DNA of 32,990 nucleotides from a virus. Lineage: Duplodnaviria; Caudoviricetes. Below are positions 1-10,553 of the stretch, piece after piece. The notes beneath the pieces are model-generated. The model did not search any database. It worked only from the letters and a program-made list of their open reading frames with translations, and was not told the DNA's origin. Each line of letters starts with the position of its first letter. Position 1 is the stretch's first letter. Location: positions 1 through 32,990 of IMG/VR virus record IMGVR_UViG_3300015370_001131; one strand, 5' to 3'. A program made the translations under genes and the position numbers.

Positions 1-2451
1 TCAGTTACGTTCAACATTCCACTCGATCTCGCGAATCGCCTCATGAGTCCGTCCCGCCCCGTATGTCCGAATGATCACCCGCAGATGGTCGTTGAGTCGC
101 GCGAGCCCCGACTCCGCGATCTCCGTCGCCTCGAGGTAGGTCCAGGACGTGCCCGTCAATCCCGACTCGGTGTGAACCAGCGTGCCGAGCTCCCCGTAGA
201 CCAGGACGTCGTATTCTGTGCCCGGCTCGGATGACGTCGTCTTGCCGGAGTCGACATAGCTCCAGGTCCCGAGCCGATTCCGGTGCGACCAGGATACTGT
301 CAGTTCGCCCGTGATGGACGCCGGGTAGCTCTCTCCGTTGAAGCGCAGGTCGGTAGGGCAATAGACCTTTACTGACCGCGCTGGCGTGGTCGCCACGACT
401 TGCGATGTCGGGCACGACGTGAACGGAAACTCGCTCTGGTTGTTGTAGGCCTGAAATCGGATGTCGTTGTAGACGTTGATGGTCGGAGGCACCGGCCCGC
501 GGATGTTCACGATCTGGTTGCCGTAGGAGATGAACCACACCCGCGTCCCGGCCGAGAATGCAGTCGGCGCAGTATCGAGGCACCCCCGCGCGATGACCTG
601 AAGCGTGATGTTGCTCTCGCCCTGCACTACGTTCTGGAACGCGATGAACTCCTCCACCCCCTCATGGGCCACCCATGCGACGCTCACCCCGAGGGAAAAG
701 TCGGGCGCGCTGACCGACTCGACGAGGTCGGTGTCCAGACCCGAGGCGACGACGATCTCGCTCGTGAGTTCGTCGATCGCAGTGCTGAGAACCCCTGATG
801 GAGTGAAGAACGGGATATCGACCGGTGGCGCCCAGCCGCCCGCGCCGTCAGCCACATAGGCCCGGTATCCGAGGGAGACCCCGGTCACCCCAGCAGCGGC
901 GAGCGTGATGGCCAGCTGCACATCGGCACCTAGGCTTCCGTAATCCTTCACCGCCTCATAGGGTGCGGCCAGGGCAACTTGGTCGGTCAGTGCCGGGACG
1001 TCACCGGAAGGGTCTTCCCAACCGGACGCTGGCGGAGTCGAGTAGCCAGTCCAGTCCACGGCGAAGATATCCTCCATGGCTTCGATCTCGATCTTCCCGG
1101 AGTCGAGGCGGCCAGTCCCCACACGGACCACCCGGCAAGCCATACCGGCAATCCCCAGCGGGTCCCAGACGAGTTTGAATACCGCCCCGGGCCGGAACGC
1201 CCAAGCCGAGCGGTCAGCCTCGATGGTGATCGTAGCCAGCGGATAGGCCAGAGCCGCCAGGGCACGGGCTGCGGCCTGCTGGGCAGACGTCGCATTCGAG
1301 AGCCCACGAAGGGTGAGATCCTGGAGTGAGACCTCGCCGCCTTGCACCTCGATCCCAGCGAGGTCCTGGGCCTGGGCGGTCTTCTCGATGAACCCGGCGT
1401 CACGGCTGACGTAGCCGATTCGCACGGTGTTCTTGAGGTCACCCCACGACGGCCGGGCAAACGACTTTACCGTGCACGAGTCCGCATCGAGCACCGGGAT
1501 CGCCTCGGGATCGTAGTCGTACCGGACCAGGCGGATCGTCAGAAGGCCGGACGCCGGTTCCACGTACATGACGCCGTCGACGTGGCGCAGGATCTCAAGG
1601 ACGAGGTCCTTCGCTGTTGTGCCGCGATCCTGGAGCATGGAAAGTCCGAGGCCTTCGTCGGCCAGCGTCTGTCCAACCGAGCGAAACGCGGCAACATCCA
1701 GAAACCCCACCGGCAACCCGAGACCGTTCTCCGAAGACGGCGAGATCAGGATGTCGTAGATCATGGCTGCGGGATTGGCGTCGCCATCGATGTTGTGGGC
1801 TCCGCCGGTGAGACCGAGGCCATTGGGGCAGCGCCGGACGACGAACGAGACGGCCTTGATGTAGGGGCTCGTCCCCACGTAGACGCGCCGGAATACGGCG
1901 TAGCAGACCCTTCGCCAGGCGGGCAGGCTCTCCCCGATACGGGCCTCGAGGTAGGAGTCCGCCGGCTGGGTGGGAGTCCCGCGGTAGACGTAGACGCTGC
2001 CTTTGACGCCGCCTTCGGAGTCCTCGCCGCCGAAGAAGCCAGGGGCGTTGATGCTGATCTGGGTGAGATCCGGAACGTGGGCGTAGCCTGCAGAAGGCCG
2101 CCTGTCGTCGAACCGGATCTGCAGGACCTCGTCGATCTCACCACTGCATAGTACCAGCTGGATGCCGAGGTAGTACTTGTAGCCGGTGGTGATTTCCTTT
2201 GAGGAGAACAGCCCCGTCTTGACCTTCTCCTTGATGGCCTGGATGCGCAGATCGCCGTACCAGGTCACCATGGGTCCGGAGAGCTTGCAGGTCCCCCAGA
2301 CGACGGGAATGGTCCGGCCCTCGCCGATCGTGGGGAACTGGAAGTCGCCGAGGCTGGACGGTGTCGGCTTGTCGAACTGCGGCTTGGGGCGCAGGACCTC
2401 GTACAGGACCGTGCCGACGATGTAGACCAGGGCCATGATCCAGAAGGCCAT
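1..2451 (-). CDS. Phage tail tip / central tail hub protein (GTA gp15 / Phage-tail_3-like), 816 aa
   Basis: Likely start MAFWIMALV at 2451, overlapping the upstream stop (TGATG). Contains 'EGRTIPVVWGT' and 'ANPAAMIYDIL' motifs typical of siphovirus tail-tip proteins; last gene of the tail operon within the window. Confidence 0.85.
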   Translation of the reverse strand: MAFWIMALVYIVGTVLYEVLRPKPQFDKPTPSSLGDFQFPTIGEGRTIPVVWGTCKLSGPMVTWYGDLRIQAIKEKVKTGLFSSKEITTGYKYYLGIQLVLCSGEIDEVLQIRFDDRRPSAGYAHVPDLTQISINAPGFFGGEDSEGGVKGSVYVYRGTPTQPADSYLEARIGESLPAWRRVCYAVFRRVYVGTSPYIKAVSFVVRRCPNGLGLTGGAHNIDGDANPAAMIYDILISPSSENGLGLPVGFLDVAAFRSVGQTLADEGLGLSMLQDRGTTAKDLVLEILRHVDGVMYVEPASGLLTIRLVRYDYDPEAIPVLDADSCTVKSFARPSWGDLKNTVRIGYVSRDAGFIEKTAQAQDLAGIEVQGGEVSLQDLTLRGLSNATSAQQAAARALAALAYPLATITIEADRSAWAFRPGAVFKLVWDPLGIAGMACRVVRVGTGRLDSGKIEIEAMEDIFAVDWTGYSTPPASGWEDPSGDVPALTDQVALAAPYEAVKDYGSLGADVQLAITLAAAGVTGVSLGYRAYVADGAGGWAPPVDIPFFTPSGVLSTAIDELTSEIVVASGLDTDLVESVSAPDFSLGVSVAWVAHEGVEEFIAFQNVVQGESNITLQVIARGCLDTAPTAFSAGTRVWFISYGNQIVNIRGPVPPTINVYNDIRFQAYNNQSEFPFTSCPTSQVVATTPARSVKVYCPTDLRFNGESYPASITGELTVSWSHRNRLGTWSYVDSGKTTSSEPGTEYDVLVYGELGTLVHTESGLTGTSWTYLEATEIAESGLARLNDHLRVIIRTYGAGRTHEAIREIEWNVERN

Positions 2452-3251
2452 CAGTCGATCCTCCCGGAGAAGGGGTTTCGGCCCGGCAGGCGCGACCAGC
2501 CCAAGTGGTTGATCAGGTTGCTGAACTTGTTCTGGCAGGTGGCCTCGAGGTGATCGCAGCCCCAGTAGGCCCACACCTGGTCGAGGGACGACAGCCCAGG
2601 CATCGGCGAGATCAGCGTGACGGTGTCGCCTTGGTGGTCGACGATGAAGCGGGTCTCGCCGGTGGAGGATTCGAGACGGCCCCCACGGAACCACTGGTCA
2701 GGGCGCAGGGCGAACCCGCTCGAAGTGACCGTCGCGCCCGCGACCGAAGTGACCGTGACCTGATCGCGGCACGCTCCGGGGTCCGCACCGCATGCCGCCG
2801 AGTAGAGCACATGGTTGCAGGGCGTCTGCATGGCCAGGATCGGCACCGTGCGCGCCAGCATGGCCATCAGGCTCGCGCCGGTGAGTATGGCCTCGGACTC
2901 TTCGAAGCGGGCGCGGATCACCTTGCCGCTGAAGATCGTCACCGCGAGGGACTCCTCGCCGCGGTGGGCGCGGTATACGGTGACCCAGACCGGCGTGGAC
3001 GGCAGGTCGCCGATGAACAGAGCGGCCACGGGGTTGGGCCGCGGCAGCGTCAGGTCGATCGTCTCGCCCGTGTCCTCCTGGGAGAAATCGAGCTCGCTGC
3101 GGGTGATGGCCTCAGGTGCGAACACTCCGGCGGGCAGCGTGATCGCCCGATCGGCCGACGTGTAGAGCCACAGGTTGCTGCCCTGGGCGAACCGGAAGCC
3201 CTCGACGGGCTGACCCAGGTACCGGCTCTTCTCCCTGGCGTCGTAGGTCAC
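2451..3251 (-). CDS. DUF2163 / BR0599-family tail tip protein (gpL-like), 266 aa
   Basis: GTG start overlapping upstream TGA. Cys pattern 'CNHVLYSAACG' and C-terminal 'GCDHLEATCQNKFSNLINHLGW...PGRNPF' match the family. Confidence 0.85.
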   Translation of the reverse strand: MTYDAREKSRYLGQPVEGFRFAQGSNLWLYTSADRAITLPAGVFAPEAITRSELDFSQEDTGETIDLTLPRPNPVAALFIGDLPSTPVWVTVYRAHRGEESLAVTIFSGKVIRARFEESEAILTGASLMAMLARTVPILAMQTPCNHVLYSAACGADPGACRDQVTVTSVAGATVTSSGFALRPDQWFRGGRLESSTGETRFIVDHQGDTVTLISPMPGLSSLDQVWAYWGCDHLEATCQNKFSNLINHLGWSRLPGRNPFSGRID

Positions 3252-3868
3252 AGCGGCGCCTCCAGGGGAAGTTCTCGGATGCGGATCGTGGCCTCGGCCA
3301 CTTGCGGGCTCGGGTAGGAGATCTCGATGCGGTCCTCGTCCAGCCGGCAGAACTTCAGGAACGACAGCACGGTCTTGGTGCGGCCGTACTCGCGCTGGGC
3401 CACAGGGTCGAGGGTCAGGGTCTCGGTCTGGTAGTTCGCCACATCGATGGCGCCCGTGATCCTGCAGTAGTCCATGGTGCTGTCGCCGAGAGACCAGATG
3501 GCCAGGTGACGCCTGGCTCCGGTCGTGCCCCACATCTGCTGCTTGTACCGGACCCACCAGATCGTGGCGCTGGACTGGTTCTGGGAGACGTCTTCGGCCA
3601 GGGCCAGGTCCCACTGGAAGCTGGGCAACCAGAACGGGACGGCGCGGCCGCGGCGGGCGTCCAGGAACGTGCGCATGGCCGTGGTCTCGTCGCGGCCGAA
3701 GGCCGTCCAGGTGAACGGCCGCGATGCCGCAGGGGCGGGGGCCTGCTCGTCGGCGACGCGCCGGCCGGTCTTCGAGTTCAGGAGCGTGAACTTCCGGCGC
3801 AGCCGTTCCTCGAACGCGCCGATGCGGTTGTAGTTGAGTTCCAGCACGTCGTAGCCGAGGTAGCTCAT
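3248..3868 (-). CDS. Putative distal tail / tail structural protein, 206 aa
   Basis: ATG start MSYLGYD coupled (ATGA) to the upstream gene. 'FLDARRGRAVPFWLP' resembles distal-tail proteins; position in tail-tip cluster. Confidence 0.7.
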   Translation of the reverse strand: MSYLGYDVLELNYNRIGAFEERLRRKFTLLNSKTGRRVADEQAPAPAASRPFTWTAFGRDETTAMRTFLDARRGRAVPFWLPSFQWDLALAEDVSQNQSSATIWWVRYKQQMWGTTGARRHLAIWSLGDSTMDYCRITGAIDVANYQTETLTLDPVAQREYGRTKTVLSFLKFCRLDEDRIEISYPSPQVAEATIRIRELPLEAPL

Positions 3869-4941
3869 GGCCGGAACCCGTCGATGTCGAAAGTGAGCGA
3901 GGTGGATGCGATCGACAGGGCATCCCAAGTGAAGCCCTCTTCGGCCGACAGCCGGCCGACCACGATCGGTAGGATGATGGTAGGACCTGCAGCCCAGGAC
4001 TGGATGAGCCCGAAGCTGAGGACCACGCGGTCCGGCAGCACGCTCTCGATGGTCTGGACCTCCCAGTGGTAGGGGTCGGTCCACAGCAGGACCATGCCGC
4101 CGGGCTCAAACGGGATGTCGGACGTGTCGCAGAAGACGTCGTGGTCTTCCGCGCTGGCGTTCTGCAGCAGCCGGGTCTGGAATTGCCAGCGGCCGACGCC
4201 GAACGCCCGGGCCTGGTTGCCGAAGAGGATGGCGCCTGCCATCTGGGCATCGCGCAAGTCATCCAGGAGCGTCGCGTAACGGATCGTGCCCACCGGCACG
4301 GTGCGCAGCTGGATGCGCTGCTCCATGCCGCGGTACGAAACGATGATGTCGGTCATGAACCCGAACGTCTCGCTCACGGGCTGCGCCCAGTTCGGAGGGA
4401 ACGGGAACGGGATGAGCCGGAAGCCCAGGATGCGCAGGTTGGTGCCCAGCGGATCGAGCCCGGTGAACACCCAGGTGACGAGGTTGTCGATCAGGGCATC
4501 GCCGTCGGTGAGAGCATTGACCAGGTAGACTTCGGCGCGCGATGCCGGGAAGTGGGCCGGCAGGCCGAGGTGGTCGGTGACCTCGATCCCGGTGGGGCCA
4601 TCGACGGTGATCTCCTCGAGGATCTGGGCGCGGTCGATGGCGGCGTTCCAGACTTCGACCTCGGCTTCCTGGTCCGATACCACCGCGCCGAGATCGATCC
4701 TGCGCGGGATGACGTGGACGCGGCCGAGAACGACATGGCCGTGGACAGGGGCCACGCCGCCGTCCTTCTGCATCGCGACAGGACGCGGATCAGCCAGCAT
4801 GGTGCGGACGCCGACGCTCATCCCGACCCGCTGCAGGGGGCGGGTGCTGACCGGATCGAGGACGGCCGCCCGGAGGTCGAAAGAGAAGTCGGTCCCGGAG
4901 ACCAGGTTCAGAGGGCTGGGGACGGTGATCGCCGTGGCCAT
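3865..4941 (-). CDS. Virion (tail) structural protein, 358 aa
   Basis: Translationally coupled ORF in tail operon. 'FPPNWAQPVSETFGFMTDII...EQRIQLR' resembles tail structural proteins of Pseudomonas siphoviruses as I recall them. Confidence 0.7.
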   Translation of the reverse strand: MATAITVPSPLNLVSGTDFSFDLRAAVLDPVSTRPLQRVGMSVGVRTMLADPRPVAMQKDGGVAPVHGHVVLGRVHVIPRRIDLGAVVSDQEAEVEVWNAAIDRAQILEEITVDGPTGIEVTDHLGLPAHFPASRAEVYLVNALTDGDALIDNLVTWVFTGLDPLGTNLRILGFRLIPFPFPPNWAQPVSETFGFMTDIIVSYRGMEQRIQLRTVPVGTIRYATLLDDLRDAQMAGAILFGNQARAFGVGRWQFQTRLLQNASAEDHDVFCDTSDIPFEPGGMVLLWTDPYHWEVQTIESVLPDRVVLSFGLIQSWAAGPTIILPIVVGRLSAEEGFTWDALSIASTSLTFDIDGFRP

Positions 4942-6014
4942 CAGGCGGCCTTCCTGACGGCGAAGAGCGGGAACAGCATGTAGTTCTGGCCGCCGAGTTG
5001 GTAGACGTCACCCGCGCTGAACCCGCGACCTACGGCCTCGGTCCACAGCACCGTCGGCGGATAGCCGATCGGAGCCCAGCGGCCCTGGGGGACGGTCTCG
5101 ACGAAGCAGTGCAACGGAAGCATGAGCGCCCCACCGAACGCGCTCTGCAGCGTGCGCTCACCCGGGCCACCGGAACCGTCGTCCCACAGGTACTGGTAGT
5201 TGACGTACTCGTCCTCTTCCATGCCGCCTTGGGCGGCCAGGCATTTGTTCAGGGCATCGCGCATGCGGCGACCGGTCCAGCCGTAGCCCTCGTTCTCGTC
5301 CTTGCAGTCGCCGATCCAACGGCCTGAGTACGTGGCCGCATCCACGCGCACGAACGCCGTGCAATGGGTCAGGGCAGTCGAGCCGCCCATGGTCGAGTAG
5401 TCCTCGTCCGTGTGGGACATGGGCGGATAGGCGGTCAGGTCGATACCGCGCCGGTTGCCGGTCAAGAGGTCGGCGGTCTCTGCGGTGTTGAGCCGGGCGC
5501 TCGAGCTGGCGAAGAAGTAAGGGAACGGCTCGGGCAAGGACGCCCGCTCCATGGATGGTCCCCACCCCATGTGGCAGTAGATCCCCGCAGCGCGCTCGAC
5601 GACGACGGTGATGTGGTCGTTGCCGTCGTCGAAGAAGTGATACGCCGATATCTGGCCTTGGGGCAGGTTCATGCCGCAGCCGGAGGTGGTCAGGTCGTAG
5701 GGCCGCGTGGGGCCTCCCGCTTGGGCGTCCCAGAAGCTCTCGCCGTCCCAGCCGGTGCCCAGGTACAGGCCGATCCCGTAGCCGCCGTCGCCCAGGTCGT
5801 GGTAGCCGCCGCTGCCCTTGGTCCAGAGCCGCTCGTTCTCCGCGGCGCGAAGGTTCACGTGCAGGCTGCCGGCATTCACCAGGTGGGCCCGCCAGCCGGT
5901 GCCTTCCTGCTCGGACTGGTTCACGGTCCAGCCCTGGGCCATGAGCCAGGCCACAAGCGTCTGCAGGAGGTTGGTGGGTGAACTGGCGAGTCCGGTTTGA
6001 TAGGAGGCGGCCAT
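4941..6014 (-). CDS. Virion (tail) structural protein, 357 aa
   Basis: Start MAASYQTG overlaps upstream stop (TGATG). N-terminal 'YQTG.A....L...L..W....GW' and C-terminal '...GD....GG..Y..FP' pattern is loosely shared with the 6014-7651 protein. Confidence 0.7.
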   Translation of the reverse strand: MAASYQTGLASSPTNLLQTLVAWLMAQGWTVNQSEQEGTGWRAHLVNAGSLHVNLRAAENERLWTKGSGGYHDLGDGGYGIGLYLGTGWDGESFWDAQAGGPTRPYDLTTSGCGMNLPQGQISAYHFFDDGNDHITVVVERAAGIYCHMGWGPSMERASLPEPFPYFFASSSARLNTAETADLLTGNRRGIDLTAYPPMSHTDEDYSTMGGSTALTHCTAFVRVDAATYSGRWIGDCKDENEGYGWTGRRMRDALNKCLAAQGGMEEDEYVNYQYLWDDGSGGPGERTLQSAFGGALMLPLHCFVETVPQGRWAPIGYPPTVLWTEAVGRGFSAGDVYQLGGQNYMLFPLFAVRKAA

Positions 6015-7651
6015 CAGTCCAACCTCACGGCGCAGAAGTCGTCCCGGTCGTTGCGGAACACGTTGGGGACGATGATCCAGTCGACCGCGCCCTGGCGGAT
6101 CAGGGTCTCGGCGCTCAGGTCCTGGCCTGTGATCAGGGCGATGCCCGGCAGCTGGCCCGGCGTGTTGTAGCCGTTGCCCACATCGCCGAGCATGACCATC
6201 ACCGGCCACAGGTCGTAGGTCGCCCCAGGTCCCGGGTCGAGTTCGGACAGGCCGCATCGCGTGGGCCAGATGATGTGGTAGTAGATCTGCGGGGTGGACG
6301 TGATCGCATCGGCGAGTGAGCCCTCGACCGCCTTCCACCCGCCGTCGAGATTTCGAACGCGCAACTGCGTGTCCCAGGGATCGCGCTCGCCAGTGCCAAC
6401 CGGCGCACCTCCCACGTCAGCGTGGGTGAAGATGCGATGGCGGTTGTCGGACAAGGACCACCTGTAGTCCGTGTCGTTCCAGGCGGAGAACTCCCCATGG
6501 GACATCGACCCGCCCAGGACCAGCGGATACGGCCACTGGCCAGGGGAGTAATAGGGCTCGAGCAGGCCGAAGACCGCGATCTCGTACTGTGTGGAGATCT
6601 TGGCGATCACCACGGCCCGCCGGCCGTCGCAGACGAACCAGTAGGGGATCGCGGCGTTCCACAAGGGCAGGTAGAGGTTCCCCTGGAAGCCCACCTGCTG
6701 ATAGAACGTCGAGCCTGCGAGCCAGCCGTCCATGCCGGCGATCTCCCAGTCGTAGTAGTCGGCGTCCTGGCGCTCGAACCCATGGATGCCGACGAAGATC
6801 TCGGACGTGCCGTCGTTGCCCGGGGCCTTCCAGGCGTACTCGTGGAAGCAGGCGTCGACGCCGTCCGCTTGGCGGAACATCCGCAGCGAGCCCATGTGCA
6901 GCTGGGTGTAACGCAGCCCGGTGATGTGCCAGCGATAGCGCGTCGCCGAGACGGGCGCGGCGATGGTGAAGGTCTGCGGGATGCCGTTGTAGAAGACGAT
7001 GCCCATCTGGGAATCGAGGGTCACCCACGCGCCCCCGTCCCAGTACTGCATCTGCCAGTCGTCAGGCGCTTGCCCCGTGGTGTCGTGGAGCGTCAGTTCG
7101 TAGGCGGAGATGGTCACCGGCTCGAAGAAGGTGATCTCCACTTCCTGAGGCAGAGTGACCGTGGTGTAGATGTTCCAGGAACGGTTCGTCAGGCCCGAGA
7201 CGTTGAACGGCCAGATGTTGAGCTTCCCGTCCACGAGGTTCTGGACAGCGTAGGTGCCATCGTTGCCCTGAGTGGCTTCGAGCCGGCACCCGCGGGAGCG
7301 ACGTAGGCTGGTCCACTTCGGCGCGGTCGACAGGATGAACTGGTCGCCAGCGACGAATGGGGTCGTCCCGGCCGAGATCAAGAACTCCAGCGTGGCGTGC
7401 GCGAACGGCGTGCCGACCGTCGCGGGGCCGATCGAACCGGTCACGCTGCCTACCACACTGAACGACGTGGGCGATGTCGCCGTGATGGTGAAGGTCTCGG
7501 CCACGGACGACGCGCCCCCGGAATAGTCGGTCAGGCGTCCGTCGCCGGTCCCCGTATAGGCGAGCCCGAACGCGGACCCCTTCGCGGTCAGGAACGTGTG
7601 CAGCCGCTCGGCCAGGTCGTTGTAGTCAGTCGCGGTTCCGGTGGTGAACAT
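6014..7651 (-). CDS. Virion tail protein with internal discoidin (F5/8 type C, CBM32-like) domain, 545 aa
   Basis: Follows tape measure. Segment 'NLVDG...PQEVEITF.EPVTISAY.L...APDDW.MQYWDG..W.TLD...RYRWHIT' is discoidin-like. Confidence 0.75.
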   Translation of the reverse strand: MFTTGTATDYNDLAERLHTFLTAKGSAFGLAYTGTGDGRLTDYSGGASSVAETFTITATSPTSFSVVGSVTGSIGPATVGTPFAHATLEFLISAGTTPFVAGDQFILSTAPKWTSLRRSRGCRLEATQGNDGTYAVQNLVDGKLNIWPFNVSGLTNRSWNIYTTVTLPQEVEITFFEPVTISAYELTLHDTTGQAPDDWQMQYWDGGAWVTLDSQMGIVFYNGIPQTFTIAAPVSATRYRWHITGLRYTQLHMGSLRMFRQADGVDACFHEYAWKAPGNDGTSEIFVGIHGFERQDADYYDWEIAGMDGWLAGSTFYQQVGFQGNLYLPLWNAAIPYWFVCDGRRAVVIAKISTQYEIAVFGLLEPYYSPGQWPYPLVLGGSMSHGEFSAWNDTDYRWSLSDNRHRIFTHADVGGAPVGTGERDPWDTQLRVRNLDGGWKAVEGSLADAITSTPQIYYHIIWPTRCGLSELDPGPGATYDLWPVMVMLGDVGNGYNTPGQLPGIALITGQDLSAETLIRQGAVDWIIVPNVFRNDRDDFCAVRLD

Positions 7652-7654
7652 GGC

Positions 7655-10216
7655 TCACGTCCCCAGGGCCGAGCGGACCGCCCGGCGGTTCTTGGCCATG
7701 GCCTTGACCAGGATGCGCTGGCCGGCGGGGCTTTCGAGGTGGCGCAGGATGAGCCCTTCCTCCAGGCCGATCAGGACCTGGCTGTCCTTGGGGGCCTGCG
7801 GGTCCGCGGGGGCGGCGGGCGCATCGACCAGACCGCCCTCGGCGAACCGAGGCACGGGGGATTCGACCAGGATCGGGGTGGAGACCAAGGCCTGGGCTCC
7901 GCGGCGGTTCAGTTCGTCGAGGTGGCGCAGGACACCGGGTTCGCGGACCACCGCGGCCCGCACCAGGTACTCGCCGCGGGAGAACCAGGCGAGGTTGGAG
8001 TCAGACGTGCCGGTGCCGATCCCGCCAAGGACGCCGCCGGTGGCTTTCTTCTCCGCACCCCCGACCTGACCGCCGCTGCCGAACACCCCGGCGATCTTCT
8101 TGATGATCGCGGTGGCCAGAAGCTGGGCCGCCATGCGCTTCAGGTCGGCGATGATCGAAAGAGCCAGGTTGCGGAAGGCGTCGCCCAGGGACTTCGCGCC
8201 GGTGATCCCGGTATCGAAGAACTCGGTCAGGGCGTCGCGCCCGCTGTCCAGGGCGGTTTTACCGAAGGCAGCGAACGACGCGCGAGCGCCCTCGACGGCA
8301 TATCCGAGGTCGCGCACCGCTTCAGTGAACCCGCGGGCCTGGGCGATCCGCTCGGGATCGCCTGTGGCCCATGCCGCCTGCTCGAGCGCCGTAGCCAGGC
8401 TCTGCAGAAGGGTCAGGCGCTCGGATTCGATGGCCAGGATCTGCTGCTCGCCCTCGACCTGGGACAGCAGGCCCGCTGAGACCCGGGCCTCGATCTCGGC
8501 ACGGGTGGCGTCCAGTTCCGCGAGCGCGGCTTCGGCCTGGCGCTTGATCTCGTCGAAGTTGGCCCCGGACTCCATCGAACTGCGCAACCGAGCCAAGGTG
8601 GCCTCGCGCTCAGCATCGGATGCACCCTGCTTCTTGAGCAGCAGATCGGCCCGGCGGATCTCCTCGTCGATCCCCAACAGAGCGGCCTCGTGACGGCGGC
8701 CCTGGGCTTCAAGGAGGGTCTTCTCCAGGGCGAGACGCTCCTGGGCGAGCTTCTGGACGGCGTCGCGCTCCTCGGATAGCAGGGCTGCGATGCGCTCCTC
8801 CTGGGTCGCGCGGGCCTTGGTCAGCTCGGCGTCGATCTTCCCTTGTTCCTGCAGACGCCTGCTCGGGTCGACCTCGGCGTCGAGCAAGGCGCGCTTCTGC
8901 TCGAGGACCTCGAGCTCCTTGGCGAACTCCTCCTCGGCCGCCCGGCGTCGGTCCTCGTAGTAGGCGCGGACGTCCTTCAGTCCCTCGTCAAAGGCGCGCT
9001 TCTCCGCTGCGTTGCGCAGAGCCCCCATCGAGCGGACCAGCGCCAACTCGCGATCGAGGGTCATCTGCATGGCCTGAGCGCGCTTGGCCGCCAAGGCGGC
9101 CGGGTCCTCGGAGTAGTCCTCCGCAGGGGCTTCTTCTCGTGCGGTGGGTTCGGTCGGCGTGGAGATGGTCAGCTCGAACCGGGCCTTCAGCCGCTCGAAC
9201 AGCGCGTTCTGCTCGGCGCTGATCGCTTCGCCTGCGGTCTTCAGGTAGGTCTTGGCCTCGTCGAGGTTGCCATGCAGCAGAGCCCAGACCGCCCGCACGC
9301 TCGAATCGATCCGCATCATCACGAACGAGAGCGCCGTGCCCACCACGTCGAACGCCGACGAGACGACCGCGACGATGAACTTCATCACGAGCCCGATGCC
9401 CTGGCCGAACTTCTCCCACGCCTCGGTGGTCTGCTTCAGGTCGCCGCTCATGATCTGCAGCGCCTGGGACAGCTGCGGCACGAGGCCGGCGGCCAACCGA
9501 GTGCCGAGGCCTTCGCTCTGGGCCTTCAGGAGCTCGAAGTCGTCGTTCATCTGCCGGGCCGATTCGGCCAGCCGGGTGTCGATCAGGACGCCCAGTTCGC
9601 GGGCCCGCTCGATGACCCCACCGAGGCCTTCGTCCGCCAGGGCGTTCATCGTGGGGATGAGGTTCGCGCCGGCCCGCCCGAAGATGTCCATGGCCGTCTT
9701 GGTCTTCTGGATCGGCGAGGGCATGGCGGTGATCCGCTGCGCTAGAAGCTCGAAGATCTCGACCGAGTCCTTGCCCTTCAAGTCATCGAGAGTCAGCCCG
9801 AGGTCGCGAAAGGTGGCGACGGCCTTGGGGTTCCCCTCGGCCACGTCGCCGATGAACTTGTTCTGCTTGGCCAGGGCCGCGCCCATCTCCCCGAGGCTGG
9901 AGGCCGACGTGCGGGCCAGAAGGTGCAGGGCGGACAGGTTCTCGGTCGAGGCGCCGACCTTCTGGCCCAGCTTCTGGATCTGGTCCGCGGCGTTGACCGA
10001 AGACTGGATCCACTGCTGGAACTGGCGCACCCCGAGGGCGACCCCAAGGCCACCCAGTAGCGAGGACGTCGACCCTAGGACCCGGTTCAGGCCAGAGAAC
10101 CCCCGCGCCTGCTTCGCCGAGGCCTTCTCGCCTTCGGCCTGAACCTTCTTGAGGGCGGCCACGACCTCGGCCACACCTTCGGCCGATAGCCGGACTCGCA
10201 CATCAGGGGTGGCCAT
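7655..10216 (-). CDS. Tail tape measure protein, 853 aa
   Basis: Long Ala/Glu/Leu-rich helical ORF after the tail chaperone; C-terminal 'ATGG...GTGTSDS..A..S.GEYLVRAAVV' motif typical of TMPs. Confidence 0.92.
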   Translation of the reverse strand: MATPDVRVRLSAEGVAEVVAALKKVQAEGEKASAKQARGFSGLNRVLGSTSSLLGGLGVALGVRQFQQWIQSSVNAADQIQKLGQKVGASTENLSALHLLARTSASSLGEMGAALAKQNKFIGDVAEGNPKAVATFRDLGLTLDDLKGKDSVEIFELLAQRITAMPSPIQKTKTAMDIFGRAGANLIPTMNALADEGLGGVIERARELGVLIDTRLAESARQMNDDFELLKAQSEGLGTRLAAGLVPQLSQALQIMSGDLKQTTEAWEKFGQGIGLVMKFIVAVVSSAFDVVGTALSFVMMRIDSSVRAVWALLHGNLDEAKTYLKTAGEAISAEQNALFERLKARFELTISTPTEPTAREEAPAEDYSEDPAALAAKRAQAMQMTLDRELALVRSMGALRNAAEKRAFDEGLKDVRAYYEDRRRAAEEEFAKELEVLEQKRALLDAEVDPSRRLQEQGKIDAELTKARATQEERIAALLSEERDAVQKLAQERLALEKTLLEAQGRRHEAALLGIDEEIRRADLLLKKQGASDAEREATLARLRSSMESGANFDEIKRQAEAALAELDATRAEIEARVSAGLLSQVEGEQQILAIESERLTLLQSLATALEQAAWATGDPERIAQARGFTEAVRDLGYAVEGARASFAAFGKTALDSGRDALTEFFDTGITGAKSLGDAFRNLALSIIADLKRMAAQLLATAIIKKIAGVFGSGGQVGGAEKKATGGVLGGIGTGTSDSNLAWFSRGEYLVRAAVVREPGVLRHLDELNRRGAQALVSTPILVESPVPRFAEGGLVDAPAAPADPQAPKDSQVLIGLEEGLILRHLESPAGQRILVKAMAKNRRAVRSALGT

Positions 10217-10553
10217 CGGTGGACCGTCCTCTCAGGATATCGGGCACCGCGGGCGGTCTCGGCCGCGATCCCTTGGCGCTGTGCGGGGCCAGGACGCACC
10301 AGCAGAGGAACCGGTGGCGATAGTCCTCGAGCGCCTGCTCTCTCATCAGCCGGCGGTAGGAGGCGAGGGCGACCCGGAGCGGCCAGCGGACGATCCGCTC
10401 GGCGCAGTCGTGGTCCCCTGCGGCGAGTTCGCGGACGAGCTCGGTCCAGGGGCCGTACCGGCCCGGGGCTTCTGCTTGCTCTCGGGTTCCGGGATCGCCT
10501 CGGTGGAGGACGTCGTCGAAGTCCACAAAGAGACGATCCCGCTCTCGAAAAAA
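10203..10553 (-). CDS. gpT-like -1 frameshift extension of the tail assembly chaperone (gpGT)
   Basis: The -1 frame stays open from the slippery site (FFRERDR...) to a stop at 10203, overlapping the TMP start. Confidence 0.7.
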   Translation of the reverse strand, partial: FFRERDRLFVDFDDVLHRGDPGTREQAEAPGRYGPWTELVRELAAGDHDCAERIVRWPLRVALASYRRLMREQALEDYRHRFLCWCVLAPHSAKGSRPRPPAVPDILRGRSTDGHP

